From assembly GCA_964035545.1 (NCBI GenBank), contig OZ037766.1, positions 10,220,722 through 10,284,721 on the forward strand: a DNA stretch of 64,000 nucleotides, given 5' to 3'. Below the pieces are notes generated by a model. The model did not search any database, had not been told where the DNA came from, and worked only from the letters and a program-made list of their open reading frames with translations. Position 1 is the first letter of the stretch. The number at the start of each line of letters is the position of its first letter. Position numbers and translations under genes: made by a program. Shown here one piece after another: positions 24,398 through 44,151 of the stretch. Origin of the DNA: Bugula neritina (taxonomy: Eukaryota > Animalia > Bryozoa).

Positions 24398-27300
24398 TTA
24401 CAGCAAAGTAATTGGCATCATATTTGGATCAGCAACTTCTTCTTCTTCTTCAGGGATACTCAGCTTTCCAGCTCGGATTGTTTTTCTAATGTCTTCCATT
24501 ATGCTAAAGATGAAGACAATATGATAACCTCATGAAAGTAGCAATGCAGAATAACTCCGCATCTACCACGATTGAAAGTTACTTCCAGATTTAAAAAAAT
24601 ATTTTTTACCACAGTTGATGCTCTTTCTTTCAGAACGAGTAAATTTGTTAGGCAGCTCAGCTTGTGCCTGCTTGCAATCTGACTCCGTCACAGGTGGTGT
24701 GTTGTTGTACCTTCTCAGAGCTGAAACACTGACGAACTGCCCGTTTATATTATTGAAACCAGAAGGACACTCTTTGTTGTCACATCTCTCTTGCATCTCT
24801 TCCTCCAGTGACCTTCTCCGTGCTGCGTTGGTGAGAATAGCAAAATCTGTAACTGTAAATTTATTACAAAATACAAATTGTTTTCCATGTTAGTGAACAG
24901 CAAATACTTGCTTTCAAAAATTTAAAATCATAAAACAACTCTAAAACATTGTAATATTTATTCTATAAAAGTCTTACAAACATCTTACAAACGCTACCCA
25001 TGGCAGTTTTAAAAAGAAAGTCAGTGATGCGATTTCTTTTTAAAGACACTAACAAAGCAATGCTCATCAGGCTCTTTGGATTTCACAATTCTGCAGTTTA
25101 AATCCTGAGAATAGTGGAATTGTAAAGTTGCACGTGACATGAAGTGTTAGTGGGAAAAGTACTAACTGCAACCGATATAACATTTCTATATTCTGATAGG
25201 AGGTATTTAATCTACATGCAGTAAAATATTGCATACTATGTTACTACTCTTGCTTTTCAACAATAATATAATATACCAGCCAGCTTTTCTGTGTTCCATA
25301 ACCGGGCTGAATAAACACGATAACTTGTTTTACTATTTGTGTTTAATCTATGAAAGATGGCAATAATAAAAGAAGAAGAAAAATTTCGTGTTAGATCTTA
25401 TAATATACCATAACTACAAATATAAATAAAATATTATAATTTTTGAAAATAAACTTGAACTTAATTTAGAGAAACAGTTGAAAGAGCACCTATTTCATTT
25501 CAAAGAGAGTAAAATTTCCCTCTCACTTAACAGTTTATCTTTCGTGTTTTTAAAGCTTTTATAAAGCTCATGTTATTAGAATGGTTTCTACCAGCAAAGG
25601 TGAGGAATAGCTATAAATTACGTTAGTCTATTCACCTGCATCTTTCTGTTGCTCAATACTTTTATTGCCAGCAGTCAGTTTCCGGTAACACATGATTGCT
25701 ACAGCGAGTGCTATAGTCACTAATACCACACATGATACTGCTACTACCACATAGAGCTCTGTTTTTCCGAAAGCAAGTGAACTGAGTGGTGGAGGTGGCG
25801 TTGATGCTTCTGTAGAGTTTCCATGAAAAAGTTTAAATAAAAAAGTAACACAAATCCATTTTGTATCAGCACGATGTAAATTTCGGTGCCAATAACATTT
25901 TCAATATTTTATATGTAGAATTTTTGTGCAATACTTTAAATAGAAAAGTAGCATTAATCCAGATAGTATCAGCAAGAATTAGAAAGATATTAATTTTAAT
26001 GCCAACAACATTTTTAAATATTTTATATTAGCTACCATATAATATCAATTCTCATTACGACTTACCGTATCTCAACACTGTTCTACCAACAAAGTCAGCA
26101 GTGCAATTTTGTTTCATCCAGTATTCATAATTAGATGCACAAACTCTAAAAGTGTAGTTAGTGTTTTCAAAAAGTTGCTTCACACTAAAGAGTGGTGCCG
26201 ATTGATTAAAAAGCACTGTAGGCTATATGTATCAAATGTTCGCAGCTCTAAAGTGTACGTAGCTAGAGATCCACCATCATATGCTGGTGTGCAGGATATC
26301 TCTAGCGAGCTCAAGGTTCTGTTGAACACTGTGCAATCAGAAGGGGCATCAGCTGGACCTGAAACAATTTACATTCAAGTTGAATCTGCACAAAATGTAC
26401 ATTAGTATGCAGAAAAGTCACCACTTATTAAATTTTACCATTCAGTATAAAACAAATAGGAAATTCATAAGAACTAAAAAGTTTTTATATCACTAAAAAA
26501 TTTGAAACTTATTAAATCTTGAAAGTAAAGTACAATCATGACTTAGTGGAATGTAATAAAACTAAAAGTTAAGAAGTATGTATGCACAATAATGCAGAAT
26601 TGCTTCACATTCGAATTGTACAAAATGACTATATTAAAGTTCCGGAAAAATCTTCCAGCAAATAATTTGTTTTAGAACATTAAGATAAGCTACAGTTTAT
26701 ATCTGATAAAATTATTGTCTGAAAACAACCTTGTTTCTATTTATCTTAACTGAAAGGAGTAAAACAACTGTTAATGAAAATCATTTGATCTAATAACTAT
26801 GCAAACTTATCTGAAGAACTGAAGAGAAAGCAACTCCAACATAATAATACTTTGATAGTTATAATCTGCTCTATAAAAACTCGTGCCTGGTAAATGGAGT
26901 TCAGTAACACAAGGTTCGATCATCGCTCCTTCGTAGTTTTCTGCGTAGCATTCATAATGGCCATAATCTTCCAGCACTCTACAGAATAACATGTTTAATA
27001 TTATTCAAGTTTGACAAAAAGACAAAAAATTGTGAGCTGGGTATGTAAATATAAGGGCATTTCGTGTATTTAAATAAATATTGCAACTGTTAATTTCAGG
27101 ATATGCAGTAGACAACTACCATTCAGCTGTTGTTTTTATCAATTTTCTAAAGTTTTCTTCCTTTTTAGAAATGAGTACTTACAATTTTTAGTGAAAACAT
27201 GGTTTAAAGTAAGAAAATTAATATATTTAATGAAACAAGAAACAAAATAGGATTAGTTACATGGAAATGTTTTTAACCACTATTTGCAATTTTTTTTAAA

Positions 27301-30300
27301 GTATTTCAATAAATAATTTACAACCATTTATGCAATGTAATTGCATATATTAAAATTGTATTGTTCCATTATATCCGTATACATGTTACAAACAGGTTAA
27401 AAACACTTGAAAGCTCCTAATTTTAGTTGATGAATGAACTTCAAAGTTTTAATTTTTAATAAAATCCTAAATATTGAGAACAGCTATATACATAAATGTT
27501 TTTATACCTTGGAGTGAACGTGTACTCTGAATAGACTGAGAACTGGTCATCAACCCTCCCTGCCAATTTAGATATTAGGGTGACACCCGCCTTTCTCCAC
27601 AAGAAATTAACATGCATGGGATTAGCAACTACAGTGCATCTCATTGTTACAGCCACTCCTACAGCTGCAGCTTGCTTCTTTGGCTGTTCAGTTGCACACT
27701 CTGGCTTGTCTGAGGAAATTCAATGACAAATAGTATACATATCTTATAAGTGCAACTCATTATGCATGAAGACACACCATATTTCTAAAATGTCATAATT
27801 CAGCTACCAAGTTCAGTAACATCATCTTCAATAAAAGATAACATGTCTGCTCTATAGTGAGATTTTAGCTCTTACACCAATCACTTTATACATATTATAA
27901 CTATCTTTATATGAATATCTTTGCTAATATAGTCTATTAAATTAAAATTTTCTATGAGGAAGGGGCAAGAATGGGGCTTATCCTTATGGCATGCCACTAC
28001 AACTGGAAATTGCTTAATAAAGAAAACATGCTTTGAGTAAATTACTTGATGCTGTTTACCAATAGACCGGTTGCATAGCCTGCAGGGATGTAAAGACTTT
28101 TAGAACATGAAAGAAAGTACAGCAAAATATTCTTATTAATAATTCAACTAGTAAATCTAATAAATTGGACACATGAAAAGAGCTCAATCATTCAAAATTA
28201 CCAGTCTATAAATTAGGCACATTGCAAAGGAGATTTGTATTTTATATAATATCATGAAAAATCTAGGTATAAAATATTTGTAGTGAATAACAGTCAGTAA
28301 TGCGCAAGTAATAACTTACGAAATACATTTGCAATAACAACATTAGAGATAGCAGTTCCCACATAATTTTGTCCTTGACATTGCCAAGAGCCACCATGTT
28401 CTCTACAATCACACATCTACTAATTTTAGAATAAATTTTTTACATTTTACAACAAAATAAAATCTGACCGCATAAAAATAATATCAATGATATTTAACAT
28501 AAAATTTCTATGAATGAAATAAAAACAGTATTCTGATATCAAGAAAAACTTGAACTTAAAATCTGTTAAGGCTGTGTAAGTTTTACTATCAGAAAGAACA
28601 AAGGGTTGAAAAAAGCAAACTTTAGATTAACAATGGAATGTAGAGTTGACAAAAGTAAGTTACTTATTGCATTTTTCTTTCATTTTGACAGCTTTTGATT
28701 AACAACAAAATTAGTAGAGTATGGTTTGCAGTTCAATTTTTTGACCAAGCAGCTAGCCATATACACGTAATCTGAATGTTATTGTAAGTTTTATATAAAA
28801 GTAAATGATTAAATTAAGAAAAATCTACAAAAAGGATTACAAGAAAAATTATAAAGCAAGCTAGTTTTCTGTTGTAGTGTCTTAACAATCACTTTTTGGA
28901 CGAGCACTTTTCTCAAGCATAATAATGTAGTGTTTAGATTACCCAGTAGCTCCTGTGGTGCAACGGTTAGCGCTTGCTTGCAAGCCAGAGATCACGGATT
29001 TGAATCCCAGTAGCGGCAAATGTTTTATAGATAAACTCTGGAAATTTAACGTGTACCAAAAACTTTAGCAAACATTTCTAACATGGTGGCTGAGCCTGTA
29101 GTCAAAAACTAGTGTTTATTATGCTGACCTTGTAATGGAGAAGATTGTAAACGCAGCCATCTGAGGAAACTCAGAGTAGTCGTGATGTGAGTCAGCAACA
29201 ACCAACTCAGAATTATGCAACCATGATATGTTATCTACAGCCGGCTTTGAGTCCAAAACGTAGCACATGACTGTTAAATTATTTCCTTCAGAAATGTTGA
29301 CTGTTTGATCATCATTAAAAGTTGTGTTGATGAGTAGCACAGGTCTATCTATAAAACAGTTCATTTATCTATGAAATAGTTCAAATTATCTATAGAAAAA
29401 GTTTCAAATGTCTATGAAATAGCTAAAATTATCTATAAAAGTTGAAACAGAATATATGTAAAACTGATGAAATTATCTAAAAAAAACCTCAAACATAAAA
29501 TATTACGATGGCCAGAAAAAACAATTCTTAGCATGTACAAACATGAATGATACTTCGAAAAGTAAATCAAATGCTATACTGTGGCCCATATCTACTGTTA
29601 TTTTAGGCCTGCAAGCTATCTTATAACTTATTTTCGTCCAGATGCATGTAAATAAAACTTTTTAGCATGCTTGCTTTATGAACCAATAGAACTTAACAGA
29701 ATTGTGGTTCTCAGCTAAAATATCTAATGAAAACACCTAAGCATTATTATTATACCGTGTGTCCTCCCCCCCCCCCCCCCCCGACACTTACAATCAACTT
29801 GTAAATCATAATAGCTGCTGGGTCCAACTTTCTTACTACTCAAAGTAACTTCATTATAAGCTGAACATTTCAACTTTGCACCATCTTCTGCAGATGTCAC
29901 TCTCACAGAAATATTACTCTCAGTTCTACAATATTAAAAGCCACAATTGCTTTTTATAGTTGTTAGAGTATAGCCAACATATTGTATATAACGCATATAT
30001 TAATTACTATTTCTCAATATACAAGTAATTATTATGCACTATAAGCAATAAGCGTAAGACAAGAAATTTTTAACATTGCATCACCAAGTGCACCTTTTTA
30101 GGGTGTACCATGCTGAAGCCACCTAGTTGCTAAGATCTAAGTGCAAGTTTGTCCAACCATCAAATTGAATCTTAGTTAGGATAAAGCAACTTATTCTTAC
30201 TTAAATTAAATTTTATTCAACAATATATCAAAATATGAATCAAATTTATCATTTTAATAGATCAACTCCTACTTGTAATAAGAATTGGTGTAAGAGACGT

Positions 30301-32760
30301 CCTGATTGGTGGAGGTGAGATCAACAGTTGAACCATTTTCATATAGAATACTCCATGATATGTTGGCAGGGGAATTGGCAAAGTTAGTAGTGCAGGTAAA
30401 TGTATAGATGTTATTTTCTCTTAATGGGTTGCTGTGCCCAATAATAGAAGCAGTCAAGGGAGCAACTACAACCACACAATATACTAGATTCAAAACTAAA
30501 CAATATGTAACTCACAGTAGAACCATATAATTATTAGACTTGAGATAAAAAGACCAAAACCACTTTAATTGTAAAATAACTAGGAACAAACAAAAACCTG
30601 AGTATGGTAATTGAGTGTAAGAATAAATCAAAGAAGCAGTTGTGTTTTCTATATGCAGCAATAGTTTACAGTTTCACAGATGCCTTGACCTTACAAGTTT
30701 TTACCTGTTGAATATGGAGTCTTCCTTTAGCTACTGAGAAATACAGAAATCAAAATATCCTATATATAAAACCTATAGACAAATGATATACTGGGATAAA
30801 ACACTTTATTATACATGCATACATAGTGCTACATTGTTTTAGTGGTAACCTAAAGATATAATTTACTACCAATGTGATATATAACTATACGCAAGTTTAC
30901 AGAATAGTGAATAGTACTCACAATTTGCTTTAGTGATCAGTTGACTAATTGTATGATTGTAGTAATCTTCTAGTCCAGGCTGCACCACATTACAAATGAA
31001 ACGAGCTGCTTGATGTGCTCGAGTGAGGACAACTCCTAATCTTGATATAAAGTGTCCAGTATCGTTTCTGTATTCATTTACAATAGCGTTGTCTAAGGAC
31101 ATTGAAGAGCCATTAGCAGCTGTAAATAAGAATTGACAACTCCTTATATTAAAAAACCGTGCACTTTTTATTTTTTTATTATGGAAGAGTGACCTCTTAG
31201 GCTGAAAAAACGTTTCAATCTGCATTAACTTAGACTAATTAGCAGAATATAAAATGGTGGGAACCATACATATGAATCAACACTGTAGTAACATCATATC
31301 AAGGAATACTAAAGAAACGCAAACAAAAATTACTACATTATATGTAATGTTACACTCTGTTTTGCAACAAATATATCTTCTTTTTCTTTCTTGTTATCAC
31401 ATGAATGACTCACTCCTGTAGATTTCATTGAAACTAGATGTACCTAATAAACCCCACTTGCATTTCTATTTTGCATACGTGGCTTAAATATTTGGCCTAC
31501 ATCTAACTATCTAATTTAGAAATATCTTTGCATAACTGAATCAAGCCACACCCTCACTAAAATGACACATTCTAAAACAAACCAATATCTCACAAAGCAA
31601 AATACAATAGGCTCTATAAAAATGACTTTTATTTGGTGAATTTATTCTCCAAGACATGCAGATGAAAAATAGCTTAAGGTAGCATACCAAGTAAATACCA
31701 AGTGAAAATTGGTGATGGTTTCCCTCCACTCACACTACTTTCTATGATATATACTCCATTTTCGTTTGCTTCTTTACTTTCTCTGAGAGCAGGATCACTT
31801 GGCATCACTAAAAGATTACTGAACTGCAACTCATGTCATCAACAGTTGGCTGCTAAGGAACAAGCAGCAATGCAACGATACAATTTATTCAAATGTTACT
31901 TACAGTTTTTTTTCTTATTTATTATTACATTTACATTGTTGTAACTACAAACTATAAAAATATTCACAACGAATCTTTACACTTTTAGCCATTTTATTAC
32001 TTGGAAAAAAATAATTACAAAAATTACGGCCATAATTGTAACACTGACCAGTGACATTTAAGATCCAAAATTGAACATCTTGTTGAGGAAACTGATAGCA
32101 TGAATAAACTCCTTCGTCTGCAACAGATACCTCTAAAATTGTCAAGACACTCTGATTGATCATCAAAAATCTATCCTGCAGCTTATATCTTCCTTGAAGG
32201 GACCAACCTAGAACCAAGATGGAAAGGAAGATGATACAAGAGCTATTATAACCATATTATGGTCCAAGAGGTCTATTAAGTGCAAAGAATAGTTCACTTG
32301 ACCAAAAAATAAATGTTTTTTATGCATCAATTAAAATCATATATGGTATATATTGTTGGGATTCCAACTTACTAGTTGGTGTAGACAATTCCCAGTTTTA
32401 TGAATGATTCATTCAAGAGTTGAAAGGTGCATATTTAACATGAGAAATATGTTTAACTGGCTGGTTTAGGTTTTAATAAGATCAAGTTTAATTGTTTCAA
32501 AAACCAAAATAGATATGTCAGCTGCCTATACACCGTTAACACATGAAGATGAGCAGGAAGACATTACCAAGATACTCACCTACACTAATAGTACTCAGCT
32601 GATTGTTACCATCTTCCCTTTGCCAAATGATATTTGTGTTGCTTTCAACAGGCAGTGTACATGTGAAGGTTACATTAAAACCAGTGTATATTTGGACAGA
32701 AAATGTGCTTGGCAGCACAAGAAAGACCAATATGCACAATACATATTGTTTTGATACCAT
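24398..32760 (-). CDS. Sidestep/nephrin-like immunoglobulin-superfamily membrane protein (about 5 Ig + FN3 + TM + cytoplasmic tail); apparent frameshift in the FN3 exon
   Basis: Signal peptide MVSKQYVLCILVFLVLPSTFS; Ig motifs DEGVYSC, GGKPSPIFTW...ARFIC, FTCTTNFANSPANISW...DGAKLKC, MCYVLDSKP...GSWQC, CTVVANP...DYGHYECYAEN...PC; FN3 CTPAYDGG...YTFRVCASN; TM YVVVAVSCVVLVTIALAVAIMCY. The last exons are less certain. Confidence 0.8.
28946..29030 (+). mobile_element. tRNA-derived SINE head (second family) or tRNA pseudogene
   Basis: A-box-like TGGTGCAACGG and B-box-like GGATTTGAATCCC with tRNA-like spacing, but no closable acceptor stem. Confidence 0.55.
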
Positions 32761-34558
32761 CTTTAGCTAGAGTTAGCGATCGAGTCTACAAAAAGCAACA
32801 GCAGTATAACTCTTATCTTCTATATAAAGAAAGCCAGTCACTAAAAATATGCAAAAACTGTTTATAATTATTAAACATAATATTCTTGCTGACTAGCAAA
32901 GCAACTTTTAAGAAAATGGATGCTTACTTGAGAAGTTAGTGCCCTGAGCGCCAACTGCTATCCTAGGTCAGCCAAAATTATATTCAACAAATCATCAGAA
33001 GACCACCCAGCAAACTGATATTTATTAAGTACCATTTTTGCAGTCAGGTTAGATTACCTAATTTAATGTACCAACATCAAGCTGCGTAGGTAAGTAATTG
33101 GCAAGCTCATCTTAACGACCAGTACAATATCTGTCATGTAAACATATATATGTGTTAATTTCAAGTGGCATCTTTCAAAGCTTATGAAACTCTGTTTATT
33201 TAAACTTTTTGTACATTTTGCTACATAAATGTATTTATTGCTCTTGTGATGGTCAGTGTGTATTGCTTAATTCTGCTGTACCAGCACACCTCCAAATAGA
33301 TAGTAAGCTTACTTATTTATACACAGCACTGTACAGATCTATCATGAACAGATTCACATTACATTAGTATGCACTTTACCCAAAGATAGAAATTTTGTTA
33401 CATGCATATTTTTGTAAGTTTCTATAGTACACTGCATTGCTATAAAATTAGCTCTAAAACTTTACTGCAAAAAGAGGGGAAGTAGAAAAAACAGAAAAAC
33501 TGTCTGTGATATACTTCATTTTTCTCCTGTAATATTAAAGCTTTTAAGAGGAATGCAATTGTTTGGCCGGATTTCCACTTTGTGGTAATTTAGGTAAGAC
33601 CTATGAGACCTCATTGGACATTTATATCCAATAAGCTGACGTTTCCCTTGTCCAATAGGAGCCTGGTGTAATCTTTTGAATCAAGCAATGTAACGTCATA
33701 CAAACAGCCTAGACATTTTTAAAAATGGCTGACATTTCCCATTAAGGTCTATGTTACGCCAAAGTTTGTGAGGGGGTTTAACTTAAAATTTGCAGTTTGA
33801 TGTTACAAGTTCTGTTGATGAATCCTCAGCTGTACCAACAAATACTAGTATAGATTGCAACTTCCTATATAATGAAAACTACTAGTTAAATGTCAAGTTT
33901 GCAGCCTGTTGATAATCAATAACTTACATCTATGGAAAGCTAAAATATCACAACTTTTACAGTAACTTGAAGCACCCAGAGTAAAATTATAAAAAAGTGT
34001 TTTAATTCCAAACAGTTATACATTGGTGAAAGAAACTTAACGCGACCCCCTTTACAGAAAAATTTACTTAAAAAAAGGAAAACTATATTAACATTATTAG
34101 TAGAAACAGTAAATTAGGCAGTACACCAACTTGAGGGTTAGTTAAAAATTAAAGTAGATACAAATACTATATTAGAAGTACAATACTTATGAATATAATA
34201 GTAGTGCACAATAGAACTTCAACTTGGAAATGCCATTTCTCAAGTTTCCTAAATGAAATCAAAGTGTAATATGGAAACATCATACTAACTATAAAACCAA
34301 AAAGGTCCCCATCACAACACAGCTTTAAGTTATCAAAAAGGGGCTGTGTATACCCTTCCCGCTAAGCCCCGCTGTTTATATGGTAAGAGTTTAGCCTTCA
34401 ATTGATTACAACAAATAGTGTTTGGCAGACTGTCTTTCAAAAATTAAAATAAAATAACAAAATGCATTCCAGGGAGTTATCATCCCAGAATATATTCTAC
34501 TAGGTAGGAAATAGTTGTTGCAGTTGAAAGCCGTAGCATACAGTAACTGTCTTCAATG

Positions 34559-40094
<5,536 letters not shown>

Positions 40095-42599
40095 GCCTTG
40101 TACTAGTTACTTTTCTCATGAAGGTCTTTCTAAACAAAACAATTAGCAACTTTATAGCAAATTAAAATGCAGTGAAAACATCCATTAAATATTAAAAAAA
40201 TTGTTAAGAGCCACTGAATACTACTAAAAGCTGTAAGTACATATGAAGGAATAGCATAAAAAGTCATAAATGAGGAGTTAATATCAGTTTTGTTTAAACT
40301 ATGATGCGAATCAAGTCAGAGAAATCCATTTCAAGTCATAGAATGACTTGACTTGTTACAAATTAAAAAATAAATAAGAGCACTCAAGATAATAGATTAA
40401 TGCAAAAAATAAAATGTTTTTATCAAAAACCATTTTTACTAATATCAAGGCAGTAAATTAGTATAGTAATTGCAATGATAAATGTTTATATTACAATCAA
40501 TGGTTAAATGCATCCTGAGAAAAATGCATACTCTTTTAAAATAGAAGTAAAAAATCAAATTAAAAAGATAACCATAAGAACTGATGCAGCATTTCAGTGG
40601 GTTTAGGCCTACTTAGTTACAGTCATAGTTATCGTGCAGAAAATATGGGTTGAAGCAGAACACAACAAGTAAAATTTCAGGTCAAGTGCAAATTGAAATA
40701 ACTGATTAGATTCAACTCAAATGAACTCTAATTTAAATGAAGTGGCAAGTCTTTAATCATGATACACGTCAATAATAATTATAATTTAGAATACAACATA
40801 AGACCAAGTCTGCATATATGGATTATCATCACTCTAACTAAATCTACATATCAAATTATTTAACTAAAAGCAGCATTTACAGATTTTCTAGTTTTTAATT
40901 TCTATGATCTACGATTTTGTAAAAAGCCAATCATAAATGACAAGAGTTAACACATTGGTCCAGCAAGTTTATCAATAAGGTCACATCTAATGCACATAGT
41001 CTGCTAGCAATGACTGCAAATGAATATTTTACATATTGATCTCATTAGTAGCAGTTATAATTTTTTTGAGGAAAATAATAACTAACAACACATTATATAA
41101 ATGCATATACTGATCTTAAACATCAAGCATATTTAAACGGAGATATTATGAAGTCATGCAATATTGTTTCAAAAAACAGAGTTTTCAAACATATTAAGTT
41201 GAATAGAAGAAAAGCAGTAGACCTACACACTGACCCATTAGAAAGTAAACAAAATCTTAAAATCAGTATATAAAGGAACAAAAAAATTTTATCAGAAGCC
41301 CTTCAGAAATGTTGTTTAAACAACTCCTCCTGCTTAAAAAATCTAAGATCTTAAAATTGATTAGCAAAACTGCAAACAGAATTTTTGGATTTTTCATTAA
41401 TTACTGCTAACGACAATAATTTAAACATAAACATTTTAAGTAATATATTCAATGTTGATTGTTCCTACCCACATAAATATAATGGTACCATTACAGATAT
41501 TACTATTACAGTATATAGATTAAATATAAAAATAATATTTGTATGACTTTTTCATTTGCTATTATTAAGTACAGTTAGTACTACTATATTAATTATCTCA
41601 AATAGTAAATGCGATAGTGATGATCATAATTGAATGATTGATAATACCATTGCATTATACTTCAAGTTATATTATTATAAACAAGGTTTACCTTAACCAG
41701 CTATCTAATTTCATGTCATATTTATATTACAAAACTTATATTACTAAAAAGAGTTTTTCATAAAGCAGACAAATATATTACCATAAATTAATAATAATAT
41801 AAATTTAAATTTAAACATTGATAGTGGTAAATTACAACTACAACTAAATAAATATTAAAATAAATATTTACAAAATTATCCAAATAAATATTTACATCAA
41901 ATATTTACAACTACAATAAAAATTAATCACAATTATACACAGTCATACTACCATTCGCGACCAGCCCTAGACATGACAATGACATTGATTTTGATGAGCA
42001 TGTCAACTTCAGTTTTCAAGAAATTGAAGTTAACATAAAGTTGAAGTAAAACTAAAAGTTACAGTTATACTTTAACTGAGGTTAAGTTCAGGCGTGAGTC
42101 ATGATCTACTTCTAGTCTAAGTCTCAGACTCACAGTCACTCACACCGTGTCTGGCTAATGAGAGTGAGTGAAATGATTATGATAATGATGAATGATTCAT
42201 GAAATTGAATGACTTATATTGTTGTCACAGCATCAGTATGACTATGAGTAAATTATAGTTTTACTTACTTTTAGACTTACTCATATTGACTTTGAGTTAC
42301 TCATACTGTTACTCTTAGTAAGAGTGTTAGTCTTACACTTACAGTTAGTGTTACTGTTATACTTTGACGTACTGTGTTACACTTAGTGGCTTACTGTTAC
42401 TGTTAGTGTCACTGTTACTGTTAGTGATAGCACTCATTTATTGTTATACTAATACTAATAATATTAATACTTAAAGTTAATAGTAATACTAATACTAATA
42501 GTAATAGTAATAGTAATACTAATAGTAATTAGTAATCGTTGAAGTTAAATTTAAAAATATTTAGACATTAATCTGAACAAGTTAAAAATTAACGGCAAC

Positions 42600-43540
42600 A
42601 TGACTCATAGTCGTACATTGTTATGACCGTAAAAAATCCAGCATAATCTCATACGAAAACTGCTAATATAAATAGTGCTACTAATTCTAATAGAAATGAC
42701 AGGTTGCCCAACACAAACCGGAAATGTATATTACACAATGTCGTAACGTGTGGTAGCTTATTTACGGTTTAATAAGAACCAATAGCGTCGGGTGCGCGAC
42801 AAGTTTGAGTGTTCACGCAATTTATGAAATCGCTATCAATTTGAGCTGGTGTCTGCCTCTCGGACTCTATGATAAACTCTACGATAATATAATCATAAAG
42901 AACCTAAACCAGAACTGCTGCTTAATCTCCATGTAGTGGTAAATTATTAGTATTTGCTGCTAAAAATATTTGTTACTAGTATAAGGCTAAGCTTTTTCAT
43001 ATTAGATTTCAAATCCAATCCCATCGCCCATCGGCATTAGTATCACTATGAGTATGACTATCACTATCAGACCACCATTACCATGACCATCGGCATAACA
43101 CTGACAGTGATAACCATGACCATGTTAAACTTAAAGTTAATCTAATGTAGCGCTAACATCAAACATGTTTTGGTTTTAACTTTAAGTTCATCATTTTGTT
43201 ATTAAAATTATTGTTTAATTTAAATTCTAACGTTGATGATTAGAAGACAGGTAGAACTCGCTGAACTGCCATTTCAAGTTCAACTACTAGTGCTGTAGTA
43301 GTACTAGTGCTCTGTGCTAGGGCTAGTACTAAGTCTAATAGTAATACTAGTACTACGAGTACGTCTGCTGTAATATTATTAGATTACTACATCTACTGAG
43401 CACTACAACGTCTTCTCTTACTAATACTAATAGTAAATCACTAAATGTAATACTAATAAAGTTATAAACTCATAATAGTACTATTAGTATTACTAAAAGT
43501 AATACTAATAGTAGGTAATTCAAACGCGAAAAAGATTCAA
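42600..43540. promoter_or_regulatory. Probable bidirectional promoter region of RAB10 and the kinesin-8 gene
   Basis: CpG-containing patch between head-to-head genes, with CCGGAAAT (ETS-like, ~42718), CCAAT (~42779, ~43015) and TTCAAACGCGAAAA (43519-43532; CHR+E2F-like on the minus strand). Confidence 0.5.
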
Positions 43541-44151
43541 TGCGGACAGCACAAGCATTAGGTTACTATATTAAAAATGTTAGTAGTACTAATAATAGTA
43601 CAGTAGTTTAGACACTAGTAGTACTGTACTAGTAGTAGGTCTAGTACTAGTAGTCCTACGAGTGAAAAACAGTTTTATATAATTAGTTTTATGGAGCATG
43701 GTCATGAATCATTGCTAAGTCTGAAAGCTAAAATTTTTGAACTTGTTTTAGAATAAGTTCCCACTGTTTGCCGTTGATGCTTATAAGGCTTGAAACTTTT
43801 TTGTGGCATCTATTTAAACTAAATTTAAGGCATGCTGTTTGTGTTGATTGAATAGTGTTTTTCATATATTTTGTTGCCCTACTTATGTACAGCCCAATCA
43901 TTACATGTTCTGTCAAATTTGCTAACTGTATGTGCAGACAAAATTTGTTGAAAGATGCATTTTATACATGACGGAAGTTATTCAAAACTTGTTAGTTGAA
44001 AAAATAATTGACTCAAAGTTCTAAATGCTTACTAATCTAGGAGAACAAGAAGATTTGTGTTACCAACCGCTTTTAAAGATATCCAATTACTGAAATTAGT
44101 ATAAAAAAGGAAAGTTATATATTTTTCATTAGTTTCTAATTTTCTTATTAG

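Noticed and set aside
29765-29783. Poly-C run (poly-G on the minus strand)
   Set aside because: Simple homopolymer just inside an intron; the GGGGG in the ORF track is read-through past the donor.
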